Below are positions 46,942 to 56,212 of a stretch of 64,000 bases of DNA, piece after piece (the stretch's first letter is position 1; the number at the start of each line of letters is the position of its first letter). The notes under the pieces were generated by a model. That model ran no database searches. It was not told the origin of the DNA and saw only the letters and a program-made list of their open reading frames with translations. Where the stretch lies: IMG/VR virus record IMGVR_UViG_3300042516_005475, positions 1 through 64,000 of that record; one strand, given 5' to 3'. A program made the translations under genes and the position numbers.

Positions 46942-47767
46942 TAGAGGAGAAAATGTTGGTGGGGTCTATTACTTTCTCAATTGTGTAAAGTCTTATACTA
47001 AGCAATATGAACCTGATCGCATTTTCGCAGCCTGGGATAAAAAGCTTACCTGGCCATCTTCTAACTTTCGTAAGGAGATGCTTACTGTTCAATACAAAGG
47101 TAATCGTAATTATACCCCTTTTGAGGGAGTTCACAACTATGATGATCTGATTCAACAAATGCTTTCAAATCTTAACATTAAGAACATTTATCCTAATGTT
47201 ATGGAAGCAGATGATGTAATTGCCTGGCTTTGTCATACCCTAGATGGAGAAAAAGTTGTAGTTTCAACTGATAAGGATATGTGGCAATTGGTTAATCAAG
47301 ATACAAAGATCTTCTTTCCAACTGGTAAGAAAGAGATTAATCTAGATAACTTTGCAAGAGAGGCTGGTATTGCTAAAGAGCATTACTTGCTTTACAAGTG
47401 TATTCTTGGTGATATTTCTGATAATGTTAAAGGGGTTGAAGGTTACGGTAAAGTAAAGGCAAAGAAGGTTGCTGAGAATGGAGTTTCTATGCTCACCGAA
47501 GAGCAACAACAGATTGTTCAGACTAATTTGAAGCTTTCTGATTTGCTTTATGGTTATCGATACTACCCTGAAGAGGAAATTTGCTACAAAGAGCAGATGG
47601 AACAACTCAAGGAGAATACTTTGGATATGGAATCTTTCAAAGATATTATTTCTTACTTAGAGCTTGATTCTATCACGAAAGATATTAACATTTGGGTCAA
47701 TACCTTCGAGAAAAAGAAAAACATCACTAAGTGTATAGAAGATTTGAAGAAGCGACTAAATATTTGA
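46862..47767 (+). CDS. rnh: 5'-3' exonuclease / T4 RNase H (FEN family)
   Basis: LILDCNN, YKGNR, EADDVIA, STDKD, GDISDNVKGV. Confidence 0.9.
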   Translation: MKTLILDCNNLLYRTFWLSKNKTLTNSRGENVGGVYYFLNCVKSYTKQYEPDRIFAAWDKKLTWPSSNFRKEMLTVQYKGNRNYTPFEGVHNYDDLIQQMLSNLNIKNIYPNVMEADDVIAWLCHTLDGEKVVVSTDKDMWQLVNQDTKIFFPTGKKEINLDNFAREAGIAKEHYLLYKCILGDISDNVKGVEGYGKVKAKKVAENGVSMLTEEQQQIVQTNLKLSDLLYGYRYYPEEEICYKEQMEQLKENTLDMESFKDIISYLELDSITKDINIWVNTFEKKKNITKCIEDLKKRLNI

Positions 47768-47768
47768 T

Positions 47769-47972
47769 ATGAATAACGAACCGTTTGTTAGACCTGTCAA
47801 AGTCCCTTCTCCATACACAGGAGATTATTGTCAACCTCGTATCAGAGAAACTTCCGATAAGAACTATCGTATCAAGGAAGCTATCTGGATCTGTCCTACT
47901 ACTGGAGAATTCTTCAAGAGAGGTATCGTTTCACGCGATCCAATCAATCCACCAAATGAGAGTGCTTCCTAA
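47769..47972 (+). CDS. Hypothetical small protein
   Basis: 67 aa; SPYTG...CPTTGEFF. Confidence 0.55.
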   Translation: MNNEPFVRPVKVPSPYTGDYCQPRIRETSDKNYRIKEAIWICPTTGEFFKRGIVSRDPINPPNESAS

Positions 47973-49023
47973 CGATTACGCTGTTCAAAAGTTTTTACAA
48001 TTTGCTGGTTATCCAAAGTTCAAGCGCCACACTCAAGTTTATGAGGGTGGCTGCCCTACTTGTAGAGAAGGTAATTCTTGGGGTAGAAAGAGACGTTTAT
48101 ATTTCATTACCAAGAAGAATCTCATTTGTTGTCACAATTGTGGTTTGAGTCTTTCAACCTATAGCTGGGTTAAAGAGGTGTGTAAGTTGTCTGATAAAGA
48201 CATTCTCAAAGAGCTGTCAGAGAGAGATTTCTTACTCACAGATATTGTTTCTGCTCCCGAGCAGAAATCTGAGAATGAGCAGACAATTAAAAAGCAAAGT
48301 GCTCTGCCTGAGGATAGTATTAATCTTAGCGATCAGAACCAAATAGAATATTACAAGAACGAACCAGGTGTTAAGGCTGCCTTAGAATACATAAAAGAAC
48401 GTAAGCTTGACGTGGCATGTAACAAGCCAAAGGACTTCTGGATCTCTCTTAAAGACCCTATTCATAAGAATCGTTTAGTTATTCCATTCTATGATAAAGG
48501 TAAGATTGTATATTATCAGACTCGTACAATTATTGAGAATAATACTAAACACTTCCCGAAGTATCTTAGTAAAATGGGAGCTCAAAAGACATTGTTTAAT
48601 ATTGACAATGTAGATGCATCTAATGAGAATTACTTTGTATTTGAAGGACCGATCAATGCTTGCTTTAGTAAGAACAGTATAGCTGTTGCTGGTATTCAGG
48701 AGAGTAGCAAAAAGAACTTTACTGATTTACAAGAACAGCAATTGAAAAGATTGTTCTTAATGAAGAGAGTCTGGGTTCTAGATAGTCAATGGTTAGATAA
48801 TGCTAGTAGAAAGAAGAGTAAGATCTTGCTTGATCAAGGAGAGACTGTGTTTATTTGGCCTAAAGAATATGGTACTGTGTTCAAGGACTTTAATGACATT
48901 TCAAAAAAATTGAACCTTTCCGAGATTCCAGAAAGGTTCATTCTTGATAATAGTTATGATAAGCTTAAAGGTAACGTTAAGCTGGGTATTATTAATTATT
49001 CTTCGTCGCTAGAGAGCATGTAA
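47956..49023 (+). CDS. gp61: DNA primase, gp61-like
   Basis: CPTC...CHNC Zn ribbon, RLVIPF, YYQTR, VFEGPIN, KDFND; start trimmed to MRVLPND. Confidence 0.88.
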   Translation: MRVLPNDYAVQKFLQFAGYPKFKRHTQVYEGGCPTCREGNSWGRKRRLYFITKKNLICCHNCGLSLSTYSWVKEVCKLSDKDILKELSERDFLLTDIVSAPEQKSENEQTIKKQSALPEDSINLSDQNQIEYYKNEPGVKAALEYIKERKLDVACNKPKDFWISLKDPIHKNRLVIPFYDKGKIVYYQTRTIIENNTKHFPKYLSKMGAQKTLFNIDNVDASNENYFVFEGPINACFSKNSIAVAGIQESSKKNFTDLQEQQLKRLFLMKRVWVLDSQWLDNASRKKSKILLDQGETVFIWPKEYGTVFKDFNDISKKLNLSEIPERFILDNSYDKLKGNVKLGIINYSSSLESM

Positions 49024-49427
49024 CCCTTGAAAGATTCAGTCAAAGAAGACATTTCTTGGGCTAATCTTGCGATTCTCTTTCTTTCACCTCTTGCGATTTC
49101 AGCAAATAAGGTACCTTCACCAGCATCATTTAATACCTTTTGAATAGAGTTATTGTCAACTCCATTTAGGTATGATGTGAAATTTGTTAGTTTGTCAATC
49201 CACTGCCCTAATTGCTGCACTTGCTTTTCTCTAATTTGATTTTCAGGAGATACAGCTGGTGCACCGGTTGGGGTATTTGTATCAAAATCTCCTGGGTTTG
49301 TGCCGTCATCCAATGAAGCAGCAAAAGCGTCTTCATCACCAATATCGTCTGGTTTAACGTCTAGTTCTGGATTTTCTGGCTCGTCTTGTTCTAACAGATG
49401 AAAAACTCTGTGATTAAATGCTTTCAT
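48996..49427 (-). CDS. Hypothetical acidic late protein (N-terminus MKAFNHRVFHLLE)
   Basis: Divergent from 49447 across a palindromic late box. Confidence 0.65.
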   Translation of the reverse strand: MKAFNHRVFHLLEQDEPENPELDVKPDDIGDEDAFAASLDDGTNPGDFDTNTPTGAPAVSPENQIREKQVQQLGQWIDKLTNFTSYLNGVDNNSIQKVLNDAGEGTLFAEIARGERKRIARLAQEMSSLTESFKGYMLSSDEE

Positions 49428-49431
49428 AGCT

Positions 49432-49443
49432 ATAAATATTTAT
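49432..49443. promoter_or_regulatory. Palindromic bidirectional late promoter ATAAATATTTAT
   Basis: Two overlapping TAAATA boxes in a 19-bp divergent gap. Confidence 0.65.
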
Positions 49444-49446
49444 GTT

Positions 49447-49818
49447 ATGAAACGACTTTTATTCGAGGATATGGATATGTATTACAACAAATACAATGCC
49501 AATGTCGCTGCTCGAGATCTCAAGCCACCCACACATACTTTACAAGACTTACTAAACTATTTCACTAATCAATATCCAAACATTATTAGAGCACCTAAGC
49601 AGTACCCTGCTCCTCTAATTAATGCTGATACTAAGACTCTTGAAATGTATAACTTGGTATTAGATCTAAAGTCTAATATTCAGGCCTCTATGGGCAACCC
49701 AGTTATTAGAAAAAACCCTAAGTTACTAGCCAGAGCCAGCCATGCAGTTAAGTTATTGAACAGTGTGTTAAAGAGTATTATGACAGTTGATAAATTGCTC
49801 ATACATTATAAAATCTAG
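49447..49818 (+). CDS. Hypothetical late protein (N-terminus MKRLLFE)
   Basis: ORF after TATAAATA. Confidence 0.65.
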   Translation: MKRLLFEDMDMYYNKYNANVAARDLKPPTHTLQDLLNYFTNQYPNIIRAPKQYPAPLINADTKTLEMYNLVLDLKSNIQASMGNPVIRKNPKLLARASHAVKLLNSVLKSIMTVDKLLIHYKI

Positions 49819-49819
49819 T

Positions 49820-50191
49820 ATGGTTAAGAAGCTTCTTCTATCTTTAACAGTCACGATGAGCATTAGCTCTGGCGTTTCATATTTTTTAACTAGCTTTGAA
49901 ATACCTTTTATCAAGACGTTTATTCTTGCAACAGTTGTGCAATTCTTATTCTTCTATTTCTACAACACCTATAGCCAGGCAAAATTTAACAAGTTTGCTG
50001 TTGAGCAGTTGTCTGAAACTGAAACTCAATTTGAACAGGCTGGAGCAGATGTTGTATGTGCCAATTGTAAGAAAGAGGTTTTTGCTCCTATTGAATTGCC
50101 TGAGCCTAACAACTTTACTTGCCCGCATTGTGGTTCAGAGAACTCTATTTACCTAAATATCGAGACTGCAGTTACCACTCGACCTGTATGA
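49820..50191 (+). CDS. Membrane-anchored Zn-ribbon protein
   Basis: Two hydrophobic helices, then CANC...CPHC. Confidence 0.6.
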   Translation: MVKKLLLSLTVTMSISSGVSYFLTSFEIPFIKTFILATVVQFLFFYFYNTYSQAKFNKFAVEQLSETETQFEQAGADVVCANCKKEVFAPIELPEPNNFTCPHCGSENSIYLNIETAVTTRPV

Positions 50192-50592
50192 TTAAAATGG
50201 ATGAAAAAGAGTCTGGGTTAAAACCTGTTAAACTCGAAGAAAAGAAAGTAAATTACTCTGATATTGTTGAGCAACTCAAACAATACTTTTTAAGCCGCAG
50301 AGGTTTAGATAAAGGAGAGTTTCTCAGCGCAGTTGAGCTTTCCAAGTTTCACAATGCTGATTTCTTCAAAGTAGAACCTCAGGTCTACTCAGCCAATTTA
50401 CTCAAGCTTGTTTTTGATGAAATTCTCAACGAAGAGAAAAACGTTGAAAAGAGAGAATATAAAAAAGCTGTTTTGGCTACTATGATGAATTCTCTAAACG
50501 AAATGTTTCCGGAAAAGTCTAAAGACAAAGGTCGTATTTTTTGCCTATTTGCAGCCTACACAATTGGAATATTCGAACTCTTTGACGAATAA
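50188..50592 (+). CDS. Hypothetical protein
   Basis: ATGA overlap with the previous gene. Confidence 0.55.
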   Translation: MIKMDEKESGLKPVKLEEKKVNYSDIVEQLKQYFLSRRGLDKGEFLSAVELSKFHNADFFKVEPQVYSANLLKLVFDEILNEEKNVEKREYKKAVLATMMNSLNEMFPEKSKDKGRIFCLFAAYTIGIFELFDE

Positions 50593-50597
50593 AAAGC

Positions 50598-50626
50598 TTG
50601 ACGAAACTTAACTTTCCCTCTATACT
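50598..50626 (+). promoter_or_regulatory. Sigma70-type promoter
   Basis: TTGACG-N17-TATACT, with GTG 6 nt downstream. Confidence 0.7.
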
Positions 50627-50632
50627 AAGAGT

Positions 50633-50866
50633 GTGAAGAAAAATACTACTAAGAACATTTCCACCGAAATCATCGACAGCAATGAGAAGCTTTCTCGTTG
50701 GCTTGCTCTTATGGAAGGTATTGAGATTATTGAACAGAAGGCTACCGAGCTCAAGGTTGACAAGGCAGAGTTTGATAGCCTGTTGAAGCCATTGGCTTTG
50801 CAGAAGTATATTAACGAGCGTTATAATTCTATTAAGCTCGAGCTCGATTACCAAAGTGGTTGTTAA
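50633..50866 (+). CDS. Hypothetical early protein
   Basis: 77 aa, behind a consensus-like promoter. Confidence 0.6.
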   Translation: MKKNTTKNISTEIIDSNEKLSRWLALMEGIEIIEQKATELKVDKAEFDSLLKPLALQKYINERYNSIKLELDYQSGC

Positions 50867-51648
50867 TTATAACCACCGTATACATCATCGGTATTACCAT
50901 AGGCTCCGTAATCGAAGATATCGTTAGATACTTCGTTAGTAGTCTGTTCAAATGGGTTCATATTACCATCGATTAGAACATCGTTTCCAGTAAACGTACC
51001 AGTAAATGTATCATCAATAACTTGATTAGATGCACCTTCTCTAGGTGAGTTAGTCTCGTAAGTAAAGTCAAAGCGCTTGGCTTTTACCATCCATAAGTAG
51101 TGACCCATCAACGGATTAATACGAGCTACATCTTCATCAAGACGTTGAGTGAGCTGGAATATTCTTCCAGTTCTGCCATTAATTCTATCGCTACCGTATT
51201 CGTTTAATTCAATTAAATCTCCAGCCTTAGGCTCTGGAATACCAGAAGAGTAATACGCTGAAACAGCAGATAAGGCAGTACCAAAAGCGCTAATAGTTAC
51301 AATAGCAGTTAAGTCGTCATCTGAGATTAAACCGAACTTACTCAATAATGGAGAGGCATCATTTACTTCAATATACATGACGAAGTAATAAGGTAAAGAG
51401 TAACCATCGAGAGGAGCCTCTCCGTAAAGATTATCAGCATTTTCAAGATTAGTACCGTTGATATAGTAGTTAACCCTTTGACCGTACATTGTAATCATCT
51501 CAGTATAATAGTTCTGAGTTATTTCTCTTTCCCCTTGATTAGTTCCTTTATCAAGTACACGATATACCTCACCACAACTCAAAAACATATTGTCTAAGAG
51601 ATTGCAGTCAGATATTACTGTAAACATTGATGCTGTATCTATGGCCAT
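50863..51648 (-). CDS. gp14: Neck protein, gp14-like
   Basis: EMITMYGQRVNY, LYGEAP, LSKFGL, PKAGDLI. Confidence 0.8.
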   Translation of the reverse strand: MAIDTASMFTVISDCNLLDNMFLSCGEVYRVLDKGTNQGEREITQNYYTEMITMYGQRVNYYINGTNLENADNLYGEAPLDGYSLPYYFVMYIEVNDASPLLSKFGLISDDDLTAIVTISAFGTALSAVSAYYSSGIPEPKAGDLIELNEYGSDRINGRTGRIFQLTQRLDEDVARINPLMGHYLWMVKAKRFDFTYETNSPREGASNQVIDDTFTGTFTGNDVLIDGNMNPFEQTTNEVSNDIFDYGAYGNTDDVYGGYN

Positions 51649-51649
51649 A

Positions 51650-51985
51650 TTACTTCTTTAAGTAGAAAGATTTTTGTTGTGGGTTATATCCAATATAAAT
51701 GCCGCTTGTACTTAACTGCTTTTCGTTTTGGCCAGGTTTAAAGTCTTTTAAATTGTATTTTTTAAGAATGTCTTGAGCAGTTAAGTTGGAAATATTTAAC
51801 ATGCCATTTCTTTGCTTCTTTAGTTTATCAACCTCAGGAGCATCATTTGGATCTTTCTTTTTGTAATTTGGGACTAAATTAGCGTGCAATCTAGAATCAG
51901 AATCTGTACCGGTTTGGATTCTAGTTTTGAGCTTGTCTTGTACTTTAACAATTTGCTCGAAAAAATATTTTTCGTATAGATTCAC
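51650..51985 (-). CDS. Hypothetical late protein (N-terminus MNLYEKYFFE)
   Basis: TAAATA 5 nt before GTG. Confidence 0.6.
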   Translation of the reverse strand: MNLYEKYFFEQIVKVQDKLKTRIQTGTDSDSRLHANLVPNYKKKDPNDAPEVDKLKKQRNGMLNISNLTAQDILKKYNLKDFKPGQNEKQLSTSGIYIGYNPQQKSFYLKK

Positions 51986-52016
51986 GTAATTATTTATGAT
52001 TTAAGTAGCAGTAAAC

Positions 52017-52047
52017 AAAAAAAAGCTGGATACTTTCGTATCCAGCT
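52017..52047 (-). terminator. Rho-independent terminator
   Basis: agctggatac/gtatccagct stem with GAAA loop and a U tract on the minus strand. Confidence 0.85.
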
Positions 52048-52070
52048 AATTTAGCGTAGTTTAGCGACCG

Positions 52071-52958
52071 TTATACCTGAAATAGTTCTTGGCCTGGCTT
52101 TGTGATCTTGCTGTGAGGCTGTGGCTTACCCTTGGTGTTAGTCATAGCGTTTACAGCTGGCTGAGTGTTGTGTTGCTTTGGATCAGCCTGTACATTTGGA
52201 ATCTTACCATTGTCGGCCTTGCCAGTTGAAGCAGCATAACCTGGAGCGCTTGGCTGTGGCTTACCCTTGGTGTTAGTCATAGCGTTTACAGCTGGCTGAG
52301 TGTTGTGAACCTTTGGTTCTGGCTCACTAACAATGGCCTCTTCTGGCATATCTTGGCCACCTTCATACATTGCACCCTCGTCAGCGTCCTCGAGACCTTC
52401 TTCACCCTCATCTTCATCACCGAAATCATCTTCACCTTCAGCTGCTTCTTCGCCAGCTAGAGATGCCTTGAGATCAGAGAGAGCTGAAATAATATCTTCA
52501 ATCTTTTGAGCTAGATCACCGTGCGCACCAGCAGTAGCTCCGAGGTTTTCCATGCCATCATTGAGATCGGCATCCATTTCCATATCACCGGCGCCGTCAG
52601 CACCTAGAGTTACATCTAGATCTTCGTCACCCATGACATTTTCGAATAATTCATCAAATTTGTTTTTTTGAGATTTCATAGTGTTGCTTCTGAAATTATT
52701 TATGCTCTCCTTTAGCTTTTTTCTAGCCTTTTTAATCTTTTTCTTGCCCTTAGAGCCTTTTGATGGCTCATAGGCCTTAGCCATTACAGGGTCTTTATCG
52801 TCAACATAAGAGGCCTTTGAATTGGCTGAATAATGCGGAGCATCCTTAGGTGTTACAAGGTCTTTCTTAACCTTTGCATCACCGGTAATTTTGAATGGTT
52901 CAAGGAGTTTTTCAAATCCAGGAAATGAGTGAACTACATCTTCTGATAGATCTTTCAT
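52071..52958 (-). CDS. Acidic low-complexity late protein, possible prohead core/internal protein
   Basis: Start trimmed to MKDLSED, since the track start overlaps terminase; D/E-rich centre and duplicated C-terminal motif. Confidence 0.6.
   Translation of the reverse strand: MKDLSEDVVHSFPGFEKLLEPFKITGDAKVKKDLVTPKDAPHYSANSKASYVDDKDPVMAKAYEPSKGSKGKKKIKKARKKLKESINNFRSNTMKSQKNKFDELFENVMGDEDLDVTLGADGAGDMEMDADLNDGMENLGATAGAHGDLAQKIEDIISALSDLKASLAGEEAAEGEDDFGDEDEGEEGLEDADEGAMYEGGQDMPEEAIVSEPEPKVHNTQPAVNAMTNTKGKPQPSAPGYAASTGKADNGKIPNVQADPKQHNTQPAVNAMTNTKGKPQPHSKITKPGQELFQV
52117..52307. repeat. Perfect 56-bp direct repeat (52117-52172 and 52252-52307)
   Basis: Identical ggctgtggcttaccc...gagtgttgtg; encodes HNTQPAVNAMTNTKGKPQP twice. 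Confidence 0.9.
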
Positions 52959-52978
52959 AAATAGTTTTAAATATTTAT

Positions 52979-55741
52979 ATGCCAGCCGAAGAAAATTACT
53001 ACTTAGGTAATAAAAATCTCCCCAAACCAGACACACAGTTCGATTGGACTCCGGAAATGCTCGAGCATTTGGAGAGAAGCCGTGATGATATTTTATATTT
53101 TGCCCAAACGTTCTTCTTTATTATCAACCTAGATAAAGGTAAACAGCTAATTAAACTGCATCCTTGTCAATTAAGAGTGCTAAAAACACTAGATGATGAG
53201 AGATTCGTATCTTTGCTAGCCTCCCGTCAATCTGGTAAAGCTTTAGCGCTTGATACACCTATACCTACCCCTAATGGTTGGACTACTATGGGTGATTTAA
53301 AGGCTGGGGATAAAGTTTATAGTAGTTCAGGACAACCTTGTAATGTTGTTATGGCTCATGAAATTCTTCATAATAGAAATTGTTATGAAGTTGAATTTGA
53401 TAACGGGGAAAAAATCGTTGCAGATGAAGAGCATTTATGGTTCACTCAATCAAGAACCGAACGAAGCAAAGATATTAGTGGTTCTGTAAAAAATACTAAA
53501 CAGCTTTTTGAGACGCTAACCTCCGGTAACAAAAAGAAAGAACCTAATCACAGAATACAAGTAAATGTAAATGGTGTTTGTGGAGAACACAAAGATTTAT
53601 TAATCGATCCTTATGTTCTTGGTTTATGGTTAGGTGATGGTAGTTCTAACTCCTCAGTTATTACTGTTGGTAAGAGAGACATTCACGATTTAATTGATAT
53701 ATTAAATACTCAGCACAAGCAATTTAATAAGATTATTTTAAATGAGTATAATAAAAGTGTATATAGTTTAAGATTGACTGTTGAAGATAAGGTTAAGACT
53801 AAATGTTTAAGCACCCTTTTAAATATAGCGAATTTAAAAGATAATAAACATATACCTGCAGAATATTTGTTAGCTAGCAGAGCACAGCGTTTAGAGTTAT
53901 TAAAGGGTCTTATAGATTCAGATGGTTATATTGATTCGAGAGGCAATGCTAACTTTTACAATACAAACATTGATTTGGTTAAACAGGTAAAGAAGTTAGT
54001 TGAAAGCTTAGGCTACAAGGTAACCTTTAAAACTTTTATACCAAAATTAAAAGGGGTAGAGTGTAAGGAATGTGGTGTTCTGTATTTTAAGCCTATAGAA
54101 TATGTTTGTAAACTAGCGTTTAAAAAAAATAGAATAAAAATTAAAGAGGATATTAATGATTCTAAGCTTAGAAATCAGTGGCATTACATAAAAAATATTA
54201 AATCTATTGACTCTGTTCCAGTAAGATGTATAACAGTCGATAGTGTTGATAGTTTATACTTGTGTGGAAATCAGTATATACCCACTCATAACACGACTCT
54301 AATGACAATCTATGCTCTTTGGATTGCATGCTTCAACAAGGATAAGAGGGTACTTGTTGTAGCAAACAAAGAGAAGACAGCGATTAACATCTTTCGTCGT
54401 ATCCGCACAGCCTATGAGATGTTACCGAACTACTTAAAACCGGGTGTTAAAGAGTATGGTAAAACATCTATAACCCTAGAAAATGATTCATCAATTGGTA
54501 TTTCGACTACAAGTTCAGATGCTGGTCGTGGTGATTCCGTAAACGTTCTAATCCTGGATGAGTTAGCATTCATTCCAAATAACATTGTTGATAAGTTCTG
54601 GAAATCAGTATACCCAATTATTTCTTCATCCAAACAATCTAAGATCTTCGTTGCTTCTACTCCTAATGGTACGAAGAATTTATTCTATGATTTGTATTCT
54701 GGAGCCATGGAGGGTAAGAACGGTTGGGCAGCAGAGCGCATTGATTGGTGGGAAATACCTGGTAGAGATGAAGTTTGGAAGCAAAATACAATCAGAGAGA
54801 TTGGTAGTGAAGAAACTTTCAATCAAGAGTTCGGCAACGAATTTATTGAAGTTGGAGAGAGTACTCTTTCAGACAAATTATACGAATTTCTTAAATCAAA
54901 TGTAGCTCCACCTTTGCATATATTCGATGACGGAGCATATAAGATGTGGGAGAATCCAAACAAGGCTAGCCTGTATGTTATAGGTGTAGATGTCGCTGAG
55001 GGTGTAGGTCAGAATGCTAGCTCAATAGAAGTATTTGACATTACAGATTTAGGAAACATTAGACAAGTAGCAGAGTATTGCAACAATAATATCAATCCCT
55101 ACACGTTCACTCAAAAGATCAATCAGATATGTAAGCATTGGGGTTCTCCTCCGGTTTTGATTGAGCGTAATAATCATGGTGGTGGTGTTTGTGATAACCT
55201 TAAAAACGAATACAACTACACGAAGATTGTAACCTATACCGTAAAAGCTGGCAAGCTACATTTTGACAGACCTGGTATTCATTCTCATACAAACACCAAG
55301 TACAAGTGTATGACCAATATGAGATATTGGTTGAATGAAACAATGAGAGTTAAGATTAAATCTGTTGATTTGCTCAACGAATTAAAGAGCTTCACCCGTA
55401 ACAAGAACGGTACTTGGAGTGCTAGATCTGGTGAGTTAGATGACAGAGTAATGGGTATGGCTTGGGCCTTAATTATTCTAGACAGAGAAGTTTGTGAGAA
55501 GTATTTTGAAGTTTTAGAGTTCGATAAGAATCAAAAACCATTCAAAATTAGGAGATTAAGCTATTCTCAACCAGGAGAGTTTGTTGATGATTTTGGCATA
55601 TTAACTAATAGAAAGATTGCTCAAAATGATGGAGAAGAAGACTTTAACGAAATGCCTTCTTTCTTTACTAACTTTGGTAATGAGCCAGAAAATCCAGAAA
55701 TGGATGATTTAATTTCACAAGGATGGGAGCGTTGGGGATAA
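52979..55741 (+). CDS. gp17: Terminase large subunit, gp17-like, containing an intein
   Basis: ASRQSGK|TT Walker A, ILDELAF, STPNG, FNQEF, GVDVAEG, IERNN, DDRVM. Confidence 0.95.
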   Translation: MPAEENYYLGNKNLPKPDTQFDWTPEMLEHLERSRDDILYFAQTFFFIINLDKGKQLIKLHPCQLRVLKTLDDERFVSLLASRQSGKALALDTPIPTPNGWTTMGDLKAGDKVYSSSGQPCNVVMAHEILHNRNCYEVEFDNGEKIVADEEHLWFTQSRTERSKDISGSVKNTKQLFETLTSGNKKKEPNHRIQVNVNGVCGEHKDLLIDPYVLGLWLGDGSSNSSVITVGKRDIHDLIDILNTQHKQFNKIILNEYNKSVYSLRLTVEDKVKTKCLSTLLNIANLKDNKHIPAEYLLASRAQRLELLKGLIDSDGYIDSRGNANFYNTNIDLVKQVKKLVESLGYKVTFKTFIPKLKGVECKECGVLYFKPIEYVCKLAFKKNRIKIKEDINDSKLRNQWHYIKNIKSIDSVPVRCITVDSVDSLYLCGNQYIPTHNTTLMTIYALWIACFNKDKRVLVVANKEKTAINIFRRIRTAYEMLPNYLKPGVKEYGKTSITLENDSSIGISTTSSDAGRGDSVNVLILDELAFIPNNIVDKFWKSVYPIISSSKQSKIFVASTPNGTKNLFYDLYSGAMEGKNGWAAERIDWWEIPGRDEVWKQNTIREIGSEETFNQEFGNEFIEVGESTLSDKLYEFLKSNVAPPLHIFDDGAYKMWENPNKASLYVIGVDVAEGVGQNASSIEVFDITDLGNIRQVAEYCNNNINPYTFTQKINQICKHWGSPPVLIERNNHGGGVCDNLKNEYNYTKIVTYTVKAGKLHFDRPGIHSHTNTKYKCMTNMRYWLNETMRVKIKSVDLLNELKSFTRNKNGTWSARSGELDDRVMGMAWALIILDREVCEKYFEVLEFDKNQKPFKIRRLSYSQPGEFVDDFGILTNRKIAQNDGEEDFNEMPSFFTNFGNEPENPEMDDLISQGWERWG
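53240..54292 (+). mobile_element. Intein (351 aa) with LAGLIDADG homing endonuclease; class 3 signature
   Basis: Begins ALALDTPIPTP and ends PVRCITV...PTHN before Thr; contains LGLWLGDG and LKGLIDSDG motifs. Confidence 0.9.
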
Positions 55742-55749
55742 ATATTAAC

Positions 55750-56058
55750 ATGAAGTACGACATACTTGTACAACAATTATTAACAGAAGCTAAAAAGGGA
55801 CCATCTTTGTCTATTAAACGTGGAGAGAAATTACCAGTTAGCAAAGGAGCAGGTTTAACTGCTAAGGGTAGAGCCAAGTATAATAGAGCCACAGGCAGTA
55901 AATTAAAGGCTCCTGTAACTGGTAAAGTAAAGAAAGGTTCTAAAGCATCTAAGAGACGCAAGAGTTTCTGTTCAAGATCCAAGGCCTGGATACCATCTGG
56001 TGGTTGCGCAGGTAAGGATACAAGAGGTTGTGCAGCTCGTAGAAGATGGAAATGCTAA
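55750..56058 (+). CDS. Small basic late protein (N-terminus MKYDILVQQLLTE)
   Basis: TAAATA 5 nt before ATG; GLTAKGRAKYN...RRKSFCSR...RRRWKC. Confidence 0.7.
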   Translation: MKYDILVQQLLTEAKKGPSLSIKRGEKLPVSKGAGLTAKGRAKYNRATGSKLKAPVTGKVKKGSKASKRRKSFCSRSKAWIPSGGCAGKDTRGCAARRRWKC

Positions 56059-56059
56059 T

Positions 56060-56212
56060 ATGAAATTCGACGATATTATAAATCAAATATTATCCGAAAA
56101 ACAAGATAGATGTTATCACCGAGCTGTCCAGGCTTACGGTAAAAAGACGTCTGCTTATAGATCAGCAGCAATGGTAAAGTGTAGAAAAGGTAAAATTTGG
56201 AAGAAGAAATGA
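56060..56212 (+). CDS. Small basic protein (N-terminus MKFDDIINQILSE)
   Basis: DRCYH...TSAYRSAAMVKCRK. Confidence 0.6.
   Translation: MKFDDIINQILSEKQDRCYHRAVQAYGKKTSAYRSAAMVKCRKGKIWKKK

Noticed and set aside
52117-52307. 56-bp repeat pair as a CRISPR mini-array or DGR template/variable repeat
   Set aside because: There are only two copies, in frame within a CDS and identical (no adenine-specific differences), and no cas or reverse transcriptase gene is seen.
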